Assembly: GCA_030390025.1 (NCBI GenBank)
Contig: JASTWF010000328.1
Span: 1-64,000 of the forward strand
Direction of reading: 5' to 3'
From: Squalus acanthias
Lineage: Eukaryota
Length of the DNA stretch: 64,000 nt
Part shown: piece after piece, positions 23,716 through 35,545 of the stretch
Numbering within the stretch: position 1 is the first letter of the stretch
Layout: the number at the start of each line of letters is the position of its first letter
Notes under the pieces: model-generated
What the model was told of the DNA's origin: nothing
The model's input: only the letters and a program-made list of their open reading frames with translations
The model's database searches: none
Program-made: the position numbers and the translations under genes

Positions 23716-25086
23716 ATGGAAGGAGAAAGCAGCGATCGCAGCGATGACAAACCACACACGTGTTCGGTGTGTGGACGCGGATTCAGCCGATCGCCTGACC
23801 TGGCGAGACACGTGCACCGTCACACCGGGGAGAAACCGGGTAAAGGTGGGAAGGGATTCAGTTCCCCGTCTGCAATAGAAGTTCAACGGCGCAGTCACAC
23901 CAGGGACAGTCCGTTCACCTGCTCCGTGTGTGGAAAGGGATTTGTTTGTTCATCCCACCTGCAAACACACCAGCGAGTTCACACTGGGGAGAGGCCGTTC
24001 ACCTGCTCCGTGTGTGGGAAGGGATTTGTTTGTTCATCCCACCTGCAAATACACCAGCGAGTTCACACTGGAGAGAGGCAGTTCACCTGCTCCGTGTGTG
24101 GAAAGGGATTTGTTTGTTCATCCCACCTGCAAACACACCAGCGAGTTCACACTGACGAGAGACCGTTTCAGTGTTCTGACTGTGGGAAGAGCTTTAAAAG
24201 CCCCCAGGAGCTGAAGCGACACCAACTTGTTCACACCGATGAGCGACCGTTTACGTGTCCTGACTGTGGGAAGAGCTTTAAAAGTTCCGGGGATCTGAAG
24301 GGACACCAGCTTGTTCACACTGCGGAGAGGCCGTTCACCTGCTTCGAGTGTGGGAAGGGATTCACTCATTCATCCAACCTGCTGACACACCAGCGCCTCC
24401 ACACTGGGGAGAGGATATTCATCTGCTCCGATTGTGGGAAGGGATTCAATCAGTCCTCCACCCTGCAGACACACCAGCGAGTTCACACTGATGAGAGACC
24501 CTTTAAATGTTCTGACTGTGGGAGAAGCTTTAAAAGCTCCAAGGGGCTGAAAAGACACCAACACCTACACACTGGGGAGAGGCCATTCACCTGCTCCGTG
24601 TGTGGGAAGGAATTCTTGGAGTCCTCCACCCTGCTGAGACACCAGGTTGTTCACACTGATGAGAGACCGTTTAAATGTTCTGACTGTGGGAAGAGCTTTA
24701 AAAGCTCCGGGTATCTGAAGGGACACCAGCGAGTTCACACTGACGAGAGACCCTTTCAATGTTCTGAGTGTGGGAAGAGCTTTAAAAGCCCTGGGGAGCT
24801 GAAGCTCCACCAGCGAGTTCACACTGATGAGAGACCCTTTAAATGTTCTGACTGTGGGAGAAGCTTTAAAAGCTCCGAGGAGCTGAAAAGACACCAACAC
24901 CTACACACTGGGGAGAGACCGTTCACCTGCTCTGTGTGTGGGAAGGGATTCATTCAGTCATCCACCCTGCTGAGACACCAGGTTGTTCACACTGATGAGA
25001 GACCGTTTAAATGTTCTGACTGTGGGAAGAGATTTAAAAGCTCCGAGGAGCTGAAAAGACACCAGCGTCTTCAGACTGATCATTGA
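23716..25086 (+). CDS. C2H2 zinc-finger protein D (about 14 intact and 2 degenerate fingers, 456 aa from first ATG)
   Basis: Uninterrupted ORF. Acceptor ttttacag at ~23606. ATG in cacATGg context. HTGERPF/HTDERPF linkers. An upstream coding exon cannot be excluded. Confidence 0.88.
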   Translation: MEGESSDRSDDKPHTCSVCGRGFSRSPDLARHVHRHTGEKPGKGGKGFSSPSAIEVQRRSHTRDSPFTCSVCGKGFVCSSHLQTHQRVHTGERPFTCSVCGKGFVCSSHLQIHQRVHTGERQFTCSVCGKGFVCSSHLQTHQRVHTDERPFQCSDCGKSFKSPQELKRHQLVHTDERPFTCPDCGKSFKSSGDLKGHQLVHTAERPFTCFECGKGFTHSSNLLTHQRLHTGERIFICSDCGKGFNQSSTLQTHQRVHTDERPFKCSDCGRSFKSSKGLKRHQHLHTGERPFTCSVCGKEFLESSTLLRHQVVHTDERPFKCSDCGKSFKSSGYLKGHQRVHTDERPFQCSECGKSFKSPGELKLHQRVHTDERPFKCSDCGRSFKSSEELKRHQHLHTGERPFTCSVCGKGFIQSSTLLRHQVVHTDERPFKCSDCGKRFKSSEELKRHQRLQTDH

Positions 25087-25631
25087 ATCTAACAGCACAG
25101 AAGGAGGTGATTCGGCCCATCGTGTCTGTGCCGGCTCTTTGAAAGAACTGTCCAATTTAGTCCCAAACCCCAGCTCTATCCCCAGAACTCTGCAAACTAG
25201 TCCTCTTCAAGTACACGTCCAATCACCGTTTGAAAGTTCCTGTGGAACCTGATTCCAGCATCCTTTCAGATGGTGCGTTCCAGATCTTAACAACCCTCTG
25301 TGTGAAAACAATTCTCCTCATTCACCTCTAGTTCTTTTAGCAACTATTTTAAATCTGTGACCTTTGGTTACCGACCCACTTGCCAGAGTGAACAGTTTCT
25401 CCCTACTTGCTCGATCAAAACCCCTCATCATTTTGAACACCTCTATTGGGTCTCCTCTTAACCTTCTCTGCTCTAAGGGGAAGAATCCCAGCTTCTCCAA
25501 TCTCTCCACATAACTGAAGTCCCTCATCCCTGGTACCATCCTGGTCAACCTCCTCTGCACCCTCTCCAAGGCCTTGACATCCTTCCTAAAGTGTGGTGCC
25601 CAGAACTGTACACAAGACTCCAGCTGAGGCC

Positions 25632-26218
25632 AAAACCCTGCAGCTGTACAAAACCCTGGTTAGACCACACCTGGAGTACTGTGAGCAGTTCTGGGCACCA
25701 CACCTTAGGAAGGATATATTGGCCTTGGAGGGAGTGTAGCGCAGGTTTACCAGAATGATACCCAAGACTCCAAGGGTTAAGTTACGGGGAGAGATTACAC
25801 AAATTAGGGTTGTATTCCCTGGAATTTAGAAGGTTAAGGTGTAATCTGATCGAAGTTTTCAGGATATTAAGGGGAACAGATAGGGTAGATAGAGAGAAAC
25901 TATTTCCGCTGGTTGGGGATTCTAGGACTCGGGGGCATAGTCTAAAAATTAGAGCCAGACCTTTCAGGAGTGAAATTAGGAAACACTTCTACACACAAAG
26001 GGTGGTAGAAGTTTGGAACTCTCTTCCGCAAACGGCAATTGATGCGAGATCAATTGTTAATTTTAAATCTGAGATTGATAGGTTTTTGTTACCCAAAGGT
26101 ATTAAGGGATATGGGCCAAAGGCGGGTGTATGGAGTTAGGTCACAGATCAGCCATGATCTCATTGAATGGCGGAACAGGCTCGAGGGGCTGAATGGCCTC
26201 CTCCTGTCCTATGTTCCT
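25632..26218 (+). mobile_element. CR1 LINE 3' fragment inserted in the older CR1
   Basis: ORF YSLEFRRLR...GIKGYG. Empty site at ~50475 (gaggcctaactcg). Confidence 0.88.
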
Positions 26219-26938
26219 AACTAGTGATTTGTAAAGGTTTAGTGTAACTTCCTTGATTTTGTATTCAATGGCCCTATTTACAAAGCCAAGTATCCCATAC
26301 GCTTTCTGAACCGCCTCACCAACTTGCCGTGGCACTTTCAAAGATTTGTGAATATGGACCCCCAGGTCCCTCTGCTCTTGCACCCCCTCAAAATAGTCCC
26401 ATTTAGATTATACGGCCTCTCCCTGTTGTTCCTCCCAAAGTGCATCACTTCACACTTATCCTCATTTAATTTCATCTGCCTTGTGTCTGCTCATTTCACA
26501 GTCTGTCTCTGTCCTTCTGAAGTCTGCTACTACTATGCTCACTATTTACTACGTTGCCAAGTTTTGTATCATCTGTAAACTTCGAAATTGTCCACCTATA
26601 CCCAAGTCCAGGTCAGTTATATATAACAAGAAAAGCAATGGTCCTAATCCCGACCCCTGGGGGAACCCACTGCATACTTCCCTCCAGTCAGAAAAACATC
26701 CCTCAGTACTGCTCACTGTCTCCTGTCCCTTAGCCAATTATATACCCAAATTACCATCAGCCCTTTCATTCCCTGTGCTTCTATTTTCCGAATAAGTCTC
26801 TTATGTGGTACTTTATCAAATGCCTTTTGAAAGTCCATATAAACAACATCTGCTGCACTACCTTCATCAACACTCTGTTACTTCATCAAAGAACTCAATC
26901 AGGTTAGTCAGACATGATTTACCTTTAACAAATCCATA

Positions 26939-28655
26939 GTGCCCGCCGAGGCACTAAAGCATGGCGGAGAAGCACTACTGGCGCGAATTCATTAACTCAT
27001 TTCTCTTATCTGGAAGGAGGAGAGCATGCCAGGGGATCTCAGAGATGCCGTAATTGTGACCATCTTCAAGAAAGGTGACAAGTCCGATTGCGGTAATTAC
27101 AGAGGAGTTTCCCTGCTGTCTGCCACAGGGAAAGTCATCGCAAGAATCCTCCTCAATTGCCTTCTCCCAGTGGCCAAAGAGCTCCTCCCAGAGTCGCAAT
27201 GCGGATTCCGCCCACTAAGGGGCACAATGGACATGATCTTCACCGCACGTTAATTACAAGAGAAATGCAGGGAACAGCACAAACCGCTGTACATGGCCTT
27301 TGATCTCACAAAGGCCTTCGACACTGTTAACCGTGAGGGATTATGGAGTGTCCTCCTCAAATTCGGCTGCCCTCAAAAGTTTGTTACCATCCTCCGCCTG
27401 CTTCACGACGACATGCAAGCCATGATCCTGACCAACGGTTCCACCACAGACCCAATTCACGTACGACCTGGTGTCAAGCAAGGCTGTGTCATCACACGAA
27501 CGCTATTCTCGATCTTCCTGGCTGCAATGCTCCATCTCACCCTCAGTAAGCTCCCCGCTGGAGTGGAGCTAATTTACAGAACAAACGGGAAACTGTTCAA
27601 TCTCCGTCGCCTCCAGTCCAGATCCAAGGTCGTCCCATCCTCTGTCATTGAATTGCAGTATGTAGACGATGCTTGCGTCTGCGCACACTCGGAGGTCGAA
27701 CTCCAAACCATCGTCAACATCTTCACCGAAGCGTACGAGAGCATGGGCCTTACACTAAACATCCGTAAGACAAAGGTCCTCTACCAACCTGCCCCCGCCA
27801 CACAGTACTGCCCCCCGATTATTAAAATCCATGACAAGGCCTTGGACAACGTGGACCACTTTCCATACCTCGGGAGCCTACTGTCAACAAGGGCAGACGT
27901 CGATGACGACGTCCAACACCGCCTTCAGTGTGCCAGTGCAGCCTTCGGTCGCCTGAGGAAGAGAGTGTTTGAAGACCAGGACCTCAAACCCGGCACTAAG
28001 CTCATGGTCTACAGAGCAGCAGTGATACCCACCCTGCTGTATGCCTCAGAGGCATGGACCATGTACAGCAGGCACCTCAAAGCACTGGAGAGGTACCACC
28101 AACGCTGCCTCTGCAAGATCCTGCAAATCCATTGGCAGGATAGGCGCACCAACGTCAGTGTTGTCGCTCAGGCCAACATCCCCAGCATCGAAGCTTTGAC
28201 CGCGCTCGATCAGCTCCGATGGACGGGTCACATTGTCCGCATGCCCGATACGAGACACCCAAAACAAGCGCTCTACTTGGAGCTCCGACACGGCAAGAGA
28301 GCCCCAGGTGGGCAGAGGAAACGCTTCAAGGACACCCTCAAAGCCTCCTTGAAAAAGTGCAACATCCCCACTGACACCTGGGAATCCCTGGCCCAAGATC
28401 GCACAAAGTGAAGGAGAAGCATCCGGGAAGGTGCCGAACACCTCGAGTCTCTTCGCTGGGAGCAAGCGGAAGCCAAGCGCAAGGAGCGCACGTCAACCCA
28501 AGCACTCCACCCACCCCTTCAACCGCCGTCTGCCCCACCTGTGACAGAGACTGTAGGTCCCGCATTGGACTCCTCAGTCACCTGAGAACTCATTTTTAAT
28601 GTGGAAGCAAGTCATCCTCGGTTCCGAGGGACTGCCTAAGAAGAAGAAGAAGAAG
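26939..28655 (+). mobile_element. RTE-clade LINE, 5'-truncated, with (aag)n tail
   Basis: RT motifs NYRGVSLLS, ESQCGFR, DLTKAFD, GVKQG, QYVDD and FPYLGS. C-terminal CPTC..H..H. Stops at 27251 and 28409. Empty site at ~51609. Confidence 0.92.
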
Positions 28656-29424
28656 ACTGGCTATCCCTTATTAACCCATGCTTCTCCAAGTGAGAATTAA
28701 TTTTGTCCTTGACAATGGTCTCTGGTCGTTCACCCATCACTGACATTAGACTGATTGGCCTGTAGTTAGCAGGTTTATCCCTCTCCCCTTTTTTAAACAG
28801 GGTGTAACATTTGCAATCCTCCAGTCCTCTGGCACCACTCCAAAATATCTGAGGGAGATTGAAAGATTGTGGTCAGAGCTTCTGCTGTCTCCACCCTAGC
28901 TTCCCTCAGCAATCCAGGATGCAACACATCTGGACCGGGTGACTTGTTAACTTTGAGTGATGACAACCTATTTAGCACCTCCTTTCTATCCATTTTTATC
29001 CTATCCAATTTCTCTACTCCCCCCTCCTCAACTGCGACATTAACTTCATCCTCTTCTTTTGTGAAGACAGATGCTAAGTACACATTCATACCTCAGCCAC
29101 GCCCTCTGCCTCCGTATGATGAGCTCCTATTTGGTCCCTAATCGGCCCCACCATTCCTTTAACTATCCTTTTACTTTTCATGTTTATAGAAGATTTTTGG
29201 GTTCCCTTATATGTTACCCGCTAATCCTTTCTTGTATTCTCTCCCTTCATATATCCTTTATCAATTTCCCCCACACTCTCTGTATTCTCCTGGTTTTTGA
29301 CTGTATTCTGTACCTGACATTTGTCGTAAACCTTCTTTTTCTGTTTTATTTTAACCTCTATATCCTTTGAAATCCAGGGAGCTCGAGCTTTGGATTCCCC
29401 ATCTTTCCTCCTTATGGGAATATG

Positions 29425-29877
29425 AAAGAAAGACTTGAAAGACTTGCATTTATATAGCGCCTTTCACCACCACCGGACGTCTCAAAGCGCTTTACAGCCA
29501 ATGAAGTACTTTTTGAAGTAGAGTCACTGTTGTAATGTGGGAAACGCGGCAGCCAATTTGCGCTCAGCAAGCTCCCACAAACAGCAATGTGATAATGACC
29601 AGATAATCTGTTTTTGTTATGTTGATTGATGGATAAATATTGGCCAGGACACCAGGGATAAGTCCCCTGCTCTTCTTCAAAATAGTGCCATGGGATCGTT
29701 TACATCCACCTGAGAGAGCAGACGGGGCCTCGGTTTAATGTCTCATCCTAAAGACGGCACCTCCGACAGTGCAGCACTCTCTCAGCACTGCACTGGAGTG
29801 TCAGCCTAGCTTTATGTGTTCATAAATCCACAACCTTCTGACTCAGAGAGAGTGCGACCAACTGAGCCACAGCTGAC
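29425..29877 (-). mobile_element. tRNA-derived Deu-domain SINE (SacSINE1-like) with 5-bp TSD
   Basis: A-box tggctcagttgg at the 5' end, central Deu-like domain, gcgctatataaatgcaag tail. TSD atatg (29420-29424 and 29878-29882). Empty site at ~52380. Confidence 0.85.
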
Positions 29878-30029
29878 ATATGCTTGGTTTATACCCGGTG
29901 TCAAATTTTGTTTTATAACACTCCCGTAAGCTGTTGGGACGTTTTACTACGTTAAAGACGCTATTTAAATACAAATTGTTATTGTCTGAAACTAACAAAT
30001 AGCGCAGAGGGAATAACTCGCAAATATTA

Positions 30030-30735
30030 AATATTTTGTTCCACAGAAGCACGGGGTTTATCTGCTTTTATTCATGAATTTAAAAAGTCTGTATTAAAAC
30101 CTGAGCCAGTGTGTTGTGAGACAAAGAGCCTTGTGTCCAATAAGGGGAATAAAGGCCCACAGCCTCCCCTGGCCCCGGGCCCTGAACAAGGGACTGGAGA
30201 AACTCGCTGCCCCGCGGATCAGACAATCAGCCGGCGCTAGTCCCGCCCCTCGGGCTCCCCGATTGGTTGGAGGACCCGCCGCCGGCTCGCTCCTCCAGCC
30301 CCGCCCCGCTCGCTCCCTATTGGTCGGAAGCTCCCGTCAATCAGGCCGTGGGCCCGGGTCACGTGTTCCTCGCGTGCGAGACGCAAAACTGAAGAAGCTC
30401 GGCTCGGGGCCCGGATCCGCGGACTCTGAGGTTTCTCTTTCTCTTTATTGTCTCCCCCACTCTGATATTAGTCGGATCTCGGGTAAAATTCACTTTCCCT
30501 CACTGATCACGGCGCTTAACCAACACCGACTTGACAAAGAAAGCCCCGCGCGGCGGCCTCCGGCTCCGGGGCACAGTGTGCATGCGCAGGGGAGGATGAT
30601 TGACAGTCCCAGGGTGTGGCCTGAGCATGCGCCGTGCGGACCGCTGGTGGGCGGAGGGTCACGTGGGTCTGAGCAGGGGCGGGGCCTCCGGGAGGTGTGA
30701 CCAGAAACGGCGGGTGCAGAGCCCGCCCACTGGGC
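30030..30735. promoter_or_regulatory. Orphan copy of the ZNF promoter cassette (CpG island)
   Basis: 30193-30365 is nearly identical to 22999-23170 and 53540-53705. No finger exon directly follows. Confidence 0.65.
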
Positions 30736-30740
30736 GCGTG

Positions 30741-32080
30741 TCAGGGCAGAGTGAGGTCACTGAGGGATGAAGGAGGCGAGACCGACCCTGACACTGCACA
30801 CTCGCCTCCTTCATCCCTCAGTGACCTAGCCCGACCCTGACTCTCCACTGCACACTCGCCTCCTTCATCCCTCAGTGACCTAGCCCTACCCTGACTCTCC
30901 ACTGCACACTCGCCTCCTTCATCCCTCAGTGACCAAGCCCGACCCTGACTCTCCACTGCACACTCACCTCCTTCATCCCTCACTGACCTAGCCCGACCCT
31001 GACTCTCCACTGCACACTCGCCTCCTTCATCCCTCAGTGACCCAGCCTGACCCTGACTCTCCACTGCACACTCACCTCCTTCATCCCTCAGTGACCTCGC
31101 CCGACCCTGACTCTCCACTGCACACTCGCCTCCTTCATCCCTCAGTGACCTAGCCCGACACTGACTCTCCACTGCACACTCGCCTCCTTCATCCCTCAGT
31201 GACCTAGCCCGACCCTGACTCTCCACTGCACACTCGCCTCCTTCATCCCTCAGTGACCTAGCCCGACCCTGACTCTCCACTGCACACTCGCCTCCTTCAT
31301 CCCTCAGTGACCTAGCCCGACCCTGACTCTCCACTACACACTCGCCTCCTTCATCCCTCAGTGACCTCGCCCGACCCTGACTCTCCACTGCACACTCGCC
31401 TCCTTCATCCCTCAGTGACCTAGCCCGACCCTGACTCTCCACTGCACACTCGCCTCCTTCATCCCTCAGTGACCTACACTGACCCTGACTCTCCACTGCA
31501 CACTCGCCTCCTTCATCCCTCAGTGACCTAGCCCGACCCTGACTCTCCACTGCACACTCGCCTTCTTCATCCCTCAGTGACCTCGCCCGACCCTGACTCT
31601 CCACTGCACACTCGCCTCCTTCATCCCTCAGTGACCTAGCCCGACCCTGACTCTCCACTGCACACTCGCCTCCTTCATCCCTCAGTGACCTACACTGACC
31701 CTGACTCTCCACTGCACACTCGCCTCCTTCATCCCTCAGTGACCTAGCCCGACCCTGACTCTCCACTGCACACTCGCCTTCTTCATCCCTCAGTGACCTA
31801 CACTGACCCTGACTCTCCACTGCACACTCGCCTCCTTCATCCCTCAGTGACCTAGCCCGACCCTGACTCTACACTGCACACTCGCCTCCTTCATCCCTCA
31901 GTGACCTAGCCCTACCCTGACTCTCCACTGCACACTCGCCTCCTTCATCCCTCAGTAACCTGGCCCTACCCTGACTCTCCACTGCACACTCGCCTCCTTC
32001 ATCCCTCAGTGACCCAGCCCTACACTGACTCCCCACTGCACACTCGCCTCCTTCATCCTTCAGTGACCTAGCCCTACCCT
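30741..32080. repeat. 54-bp minisatellite, about 24 copies, preceded by an inverted partial copy
   Basis: Unit ccctgactctccactgcacactcgcctccttcatccctcagtgacctagcccga. 30741-30780 is the reverse complement of part of the unit. Confidence 0.95.
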
Positions 32081-32125
32081 TCCTTTAACTACTATAGGTG
32101 CAGAGTGATGAGCCATTGTCTTTGT

Positions 32126-32590
32126 GTCAGGCCGTGGCTCAGTTGGTAGCACCCTCGCCTCTGAGTCAGAAGGTTGTGGGTTCATGTTCCCACTCCAGAG
32201 ACTTGAGCACAGAAATCTAGGCTGACGCTCCAGTGCAGTACTGAGCCGCTGCACTGTCGGCGGTACTGTCTTTTGGATGTGATGTTGAACTGAGGTCCCG
32301 TCTACTCTTTCGGGTGGACGTAAAAGATCCCAGGGCTCTATTTCGAAGAAGAACAAGGGAGTTCTCCCTGGTGTCCTGGCCAATATTTATCCCTCAATCA
32401 ACATCACAGAAACAGATTATCTGGTCATTATCACATTGCTGTTTGTGGGAGCTTGCCTTCGCTCATTGGCTGCTACGTTTCCCACATTACAACAATGGCT
32501 ACACTTCAAAATTTACTTCATTGGCTGTAATGCGCTTTGGGACGTCCGGTGGTCCTGAAAGGCGCGATATAAATGCAAGTCTTTCTTTCT
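32126..32590 (+). mobile_element. tRNA-derived Deu-domain SINE (SacSINE1-like)
   Basis: A-box tggctcagttgg, degenerate B-box, same body and tail as 29425-29877. Confidence 0.85.
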
Positions 32591-32809
32591 CTAAATATCA
32601 CAAACAGATGCACAATAATGGAAATCAATCTCTGTACCTTTAACTAACAGCGACATGGAGCGAGGGAAATGAATGAGCTTTAAACACCTGGTCCACTTGG
32701 CACTGAAGTGTATGAAACTCAGAACCGGAACTCCAGGGAAACAAAATACTGAACATGACGGTGCCCTTACCCAGAGTGCCCAGCGCGGGTGAATACGGCC
32801 TATCTCCAT

Positions 32810-33110
32810 CAGCAGGGGCGCAGTGCGCAGGCGCGGGAACGGCTGGTCCCGGGCGCATGCGCGGTGCGGCTCCAGGAAACTGAGCGGGGGCGAGCGCGGC
32901 CTCAGCAACACCGAGTGCGCGTCTCAGGCCCCGAATCAGAGCGGCCGGGCCCGGCGGACGTGCGGCCAGGACCCCGGCACCAGGAAACCCAGGGTGCAGC
33001 GCCTCCCCCAGACAGGAGAAACCACAACTGGCATCGACACAGCAGACCCGCCAATCCAGAGCCGGGGTGTATCAGGGCGGGCGCTGGATGCGGAAGTCGG
33101 TCCCTGGCCG
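32810..33110 (+). promoter_or_regulatory. CpG-island putative promoter of ZNF E
   Basis: NRF1-like gcgcatgcgc (~32853), ccaat (~33051), GC box and ETS-like cggaagt (~33091). Confidence 0.6.
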
Positions 33111-33980
33111 CCTTTGTAGGTCTTTTTGTTGCTTCAGTTTGAGCTGGAGTGGAGATGGAGGAGAAGCTTCTGGGTTTAACCCCCAGTACTTCTGAGCCCA
33201 GGAGGACCCAACAATTTCCAATGTGAGACTGTCAAGGGAGGTGGATTCTGGGGGAGATTAGGTTGTTAAACAGACACTGTCCCTACAATGTAAAAGAGTA
33301 TTGTTTTAGGAACAAGTATTTCTCTAGAGGCTTTTAATCTATTTTACACATACAGATTTTTTTCATTCATTCTTGGGATCTGGGCGTCACGGGCAAGGCC
33401 AGCATATGTTGCCAATCGCCAGTTTCCCGTTGAGAAGGTGATGGTGGGCCTTCGTCATGAACCACTGCAGTCCGTGTGGTGAAGGTACTGACTTAGAGGG
33501 GAACTGGCAGGTGGTGATGTTCCCATACACCTGCTGCCCTCGTCCTTCTAGGTGGTGGAGTTCGCGGGTTTTGGAGGTTCTGTCAAAGTTCAGGTCGAGT
33601 TGCAGATGTATAAAGTCCCTTTCTTTTGACCCTTCCACGCGTCCCGCCCCCCCCCCCCCACGACAACCTCTCTCTCTCCTCCCATAGAGGCTAGAGTCAT
33701 GTGTAGGCCCAGACTGTGTGGCGGATTCCCTTCTCTGAAGGACATTAGTGAACCAGTTGGGTTTTTATGGCAATCCAGCAGCTTTCATGGTCACTTTTTT
33801 CTAATGACCAGATTCATTGAGCTCAATTTCACAACCTGCCTTTGTTTTTTTGTGGGTTCTCTCTCATGCTCCCTTTTTCCTGTTTTAAATTCATTTTACA
33901 GGATATTAGAAGAGGAGGATTAGCAGACGGGAAGCTCAAACCAAACATCGCATCAAGACCTGACGAAGTCACTCGATTCA

Positions 33981-34483
33981 CGGAGAGTGAGGAGACTCAG
34001 ATCAAACTGTCAGGACGGAGTGAGGAGACTCAGTTCAAACTGCCACAGGACGGAGAGTGAGGAGACTCAGAACAAACTGCCACAGGACGGAGAGTGAGGA
34101 GACTCAGAACAAACTGCCACAGGACGGAGAGTGAGGAGACTCAGAACAAACTGCCACAGGACGGAGAGTGAGGAGACTCAGTTCAAACTGCCACAGGACG
34201 GAGAGTGAGGAGACTCAGATCAAACTGCCACAGGACGGAGAGTGAGGAGACTCAGAACAAACTGCCACAGGACGGAGAGTGAGGAGACTCAGTTCAAACT
34301 GCCACAGGACGGAGTGAGGAGACTCAGTTCAAACTGCCACAGGACGGAGAGTGAAGAGACTCAGAACAAACTGCCACAGGACAGAGTGAGGAGACTCAGA
34401 ACAAACTGTCAGGATGGAGTGAGGAGACTCAGATCAAACTGCCACAGGACGGAGAGTGAAGAGACTCATATCAAACTGTCACA
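33981..34483 (+). repeat. 37-bp tandem monomers at the CR1 5' end, about 13-14 copies
   Basis: Unit ggagagtgaggagactcagaacaaactgccacaggac. Confidence 0.93.
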
Positions 34484-34550
34484 GAAGTGTATTGTTTTAA
34501 TTTAAATTAATTAAAGGGTAAATAATAATAAATTTAATTAATTACATAGA

Positions 34551-35507
34551 ATGGGAGAGCAGGTGATGTGTTACTGCTGCAATATGTGGGAGCTGGAGGA
34601 CACCATTGATGTTCACGATGATCACATTTGCAGTAAGTGTTGGCTGCTCGAGGAACTCCGGCTCCGTGTTGATGAGCTGGAGTCCGAGCTTCAAACACTG
34701 CGACACATCAGGGAGGGGGAGAGTTACCTGGACTCTGTGTTCCAGGAGGTAGTCACACCAATTAGATTAACTAATTCAGATGTAGCCCATGATCAGGGAC
34801 AGGAGGGTGTGACTACGAGTGAGGCAGGTACGGGGATCCAGGAGGTAGTGTTGGAGGAGCCGCAGCCCTTGCTCTTGTCCAACAGGTTCGAGGCTCTTAC
34901 TCCCTGTGAGGATGGGAGCAGGGACTGCAGGGAGGATGAGCAACCTGGCCACAGCACTGTGGTACGGGGAGCCATTCAAATGGGGGGAGTAAAAAGAAAT
35001 GTTGTAGTGGTAGGGGATAGTATCATTAAGGGGATAGATAGGGTTCTTTGCAGCCGAGAGCGAGAGTCCCGAAGGCTATGTTGCCTGCCCGGTGCCAGGG
35101 TTAAGGACATCTCCTCTGGGCTGGAGAGAAACTTGGAGTGGGAGGGGGAAGATCCAGTTGTCGTGGTCCATGTTGGTACCAATGACATAGATAGGACAAG
35201 GAATGAGGTTCTGCTGAGGGAGTATGAGCAGCTAGGGGCCAAATTAAAAAAAAGAACCTCTAGGGTAGTAATCTCTGGATTACTACCTGAGCCACGAGCA
35301 AATTTGGCTAGGGTAAATAAAATCAGAGGGTTAAATGCGTGGCTCAAAGACTGGTGTGGGAGAAATGGGTTTTGCTACCTGGGACACTGGCACCAGTACT
35401 GGGACAGGAGAGAGCTGTTCCGTTGGGACGGACTTCACTTGGCCAGTGCTGGGACTAGAGTCCTGGCGAATCGAATAACTAGGGCTGTAGAGAGGGCTTT
35501 AAACTAA
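34551..35507 (+). CDS. CR1 ORF1p (N-terminal Cys/His motif, coiled coil, SGNH esterase)
   Basis: CxxC...HxCxxC, a leucine heptad, and VVVGDS, CLPGA, HVGTND and DGLHL esterase blocks; 318 aa. Confidence 0.92.
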   Translation: MGEQVMCYCCNMWELEDTIDVHDDHICSKCWLLEELRLRVDELESELQTLRHIREGESYLDSVFQEVVTPIRLTNSDVAHDQGQEGVTTSEAGTGIQEVVLEEPQPLLLSNRFEALTPCEDGSRDCREDEQPGHSTVVRGAIQMGGVKRNVVVVGDSIIKGIDRVLCSRERESRRLCCLPGARVKDISSGLERNLEWEGEDPVVVVHVGTNDIDRTRNEVLLREYEQLGAKLKKRTSRVVISGLLPEPRANLARVNKIRGLNAWLKDWCGRNGFCYLGHWHQYWDRRELFRWDGLHLASAGTRVLANRITRAVERALN

Positions 35508-35545
35508 TTAGTGGGGGGGAGGTTTCAAGAGAGCAAAAAATAAAA

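Larger units (their letters stand above)
25080..29900 (-). mobile_element. Old antisense CR1 LINE with three younger insertions
   Basis: CR1 ORF2 fragments on the minus strand. Collinear paralog at 49928-52597 lacks the three insertions. Confidence 0.85.

Noticed and set aside
30741..31820. 359-aa ORF of ESQGRARSLRDEGGECAV repeats
   Set aside because: It results from a stop-free 54-bp unit and has no other gene evidence.
32126..32200. tRNA gene
   Set aside because: The A/B boxes belong to a SINE head followed by the SINE body and tail; there is no complete cloverleaf.
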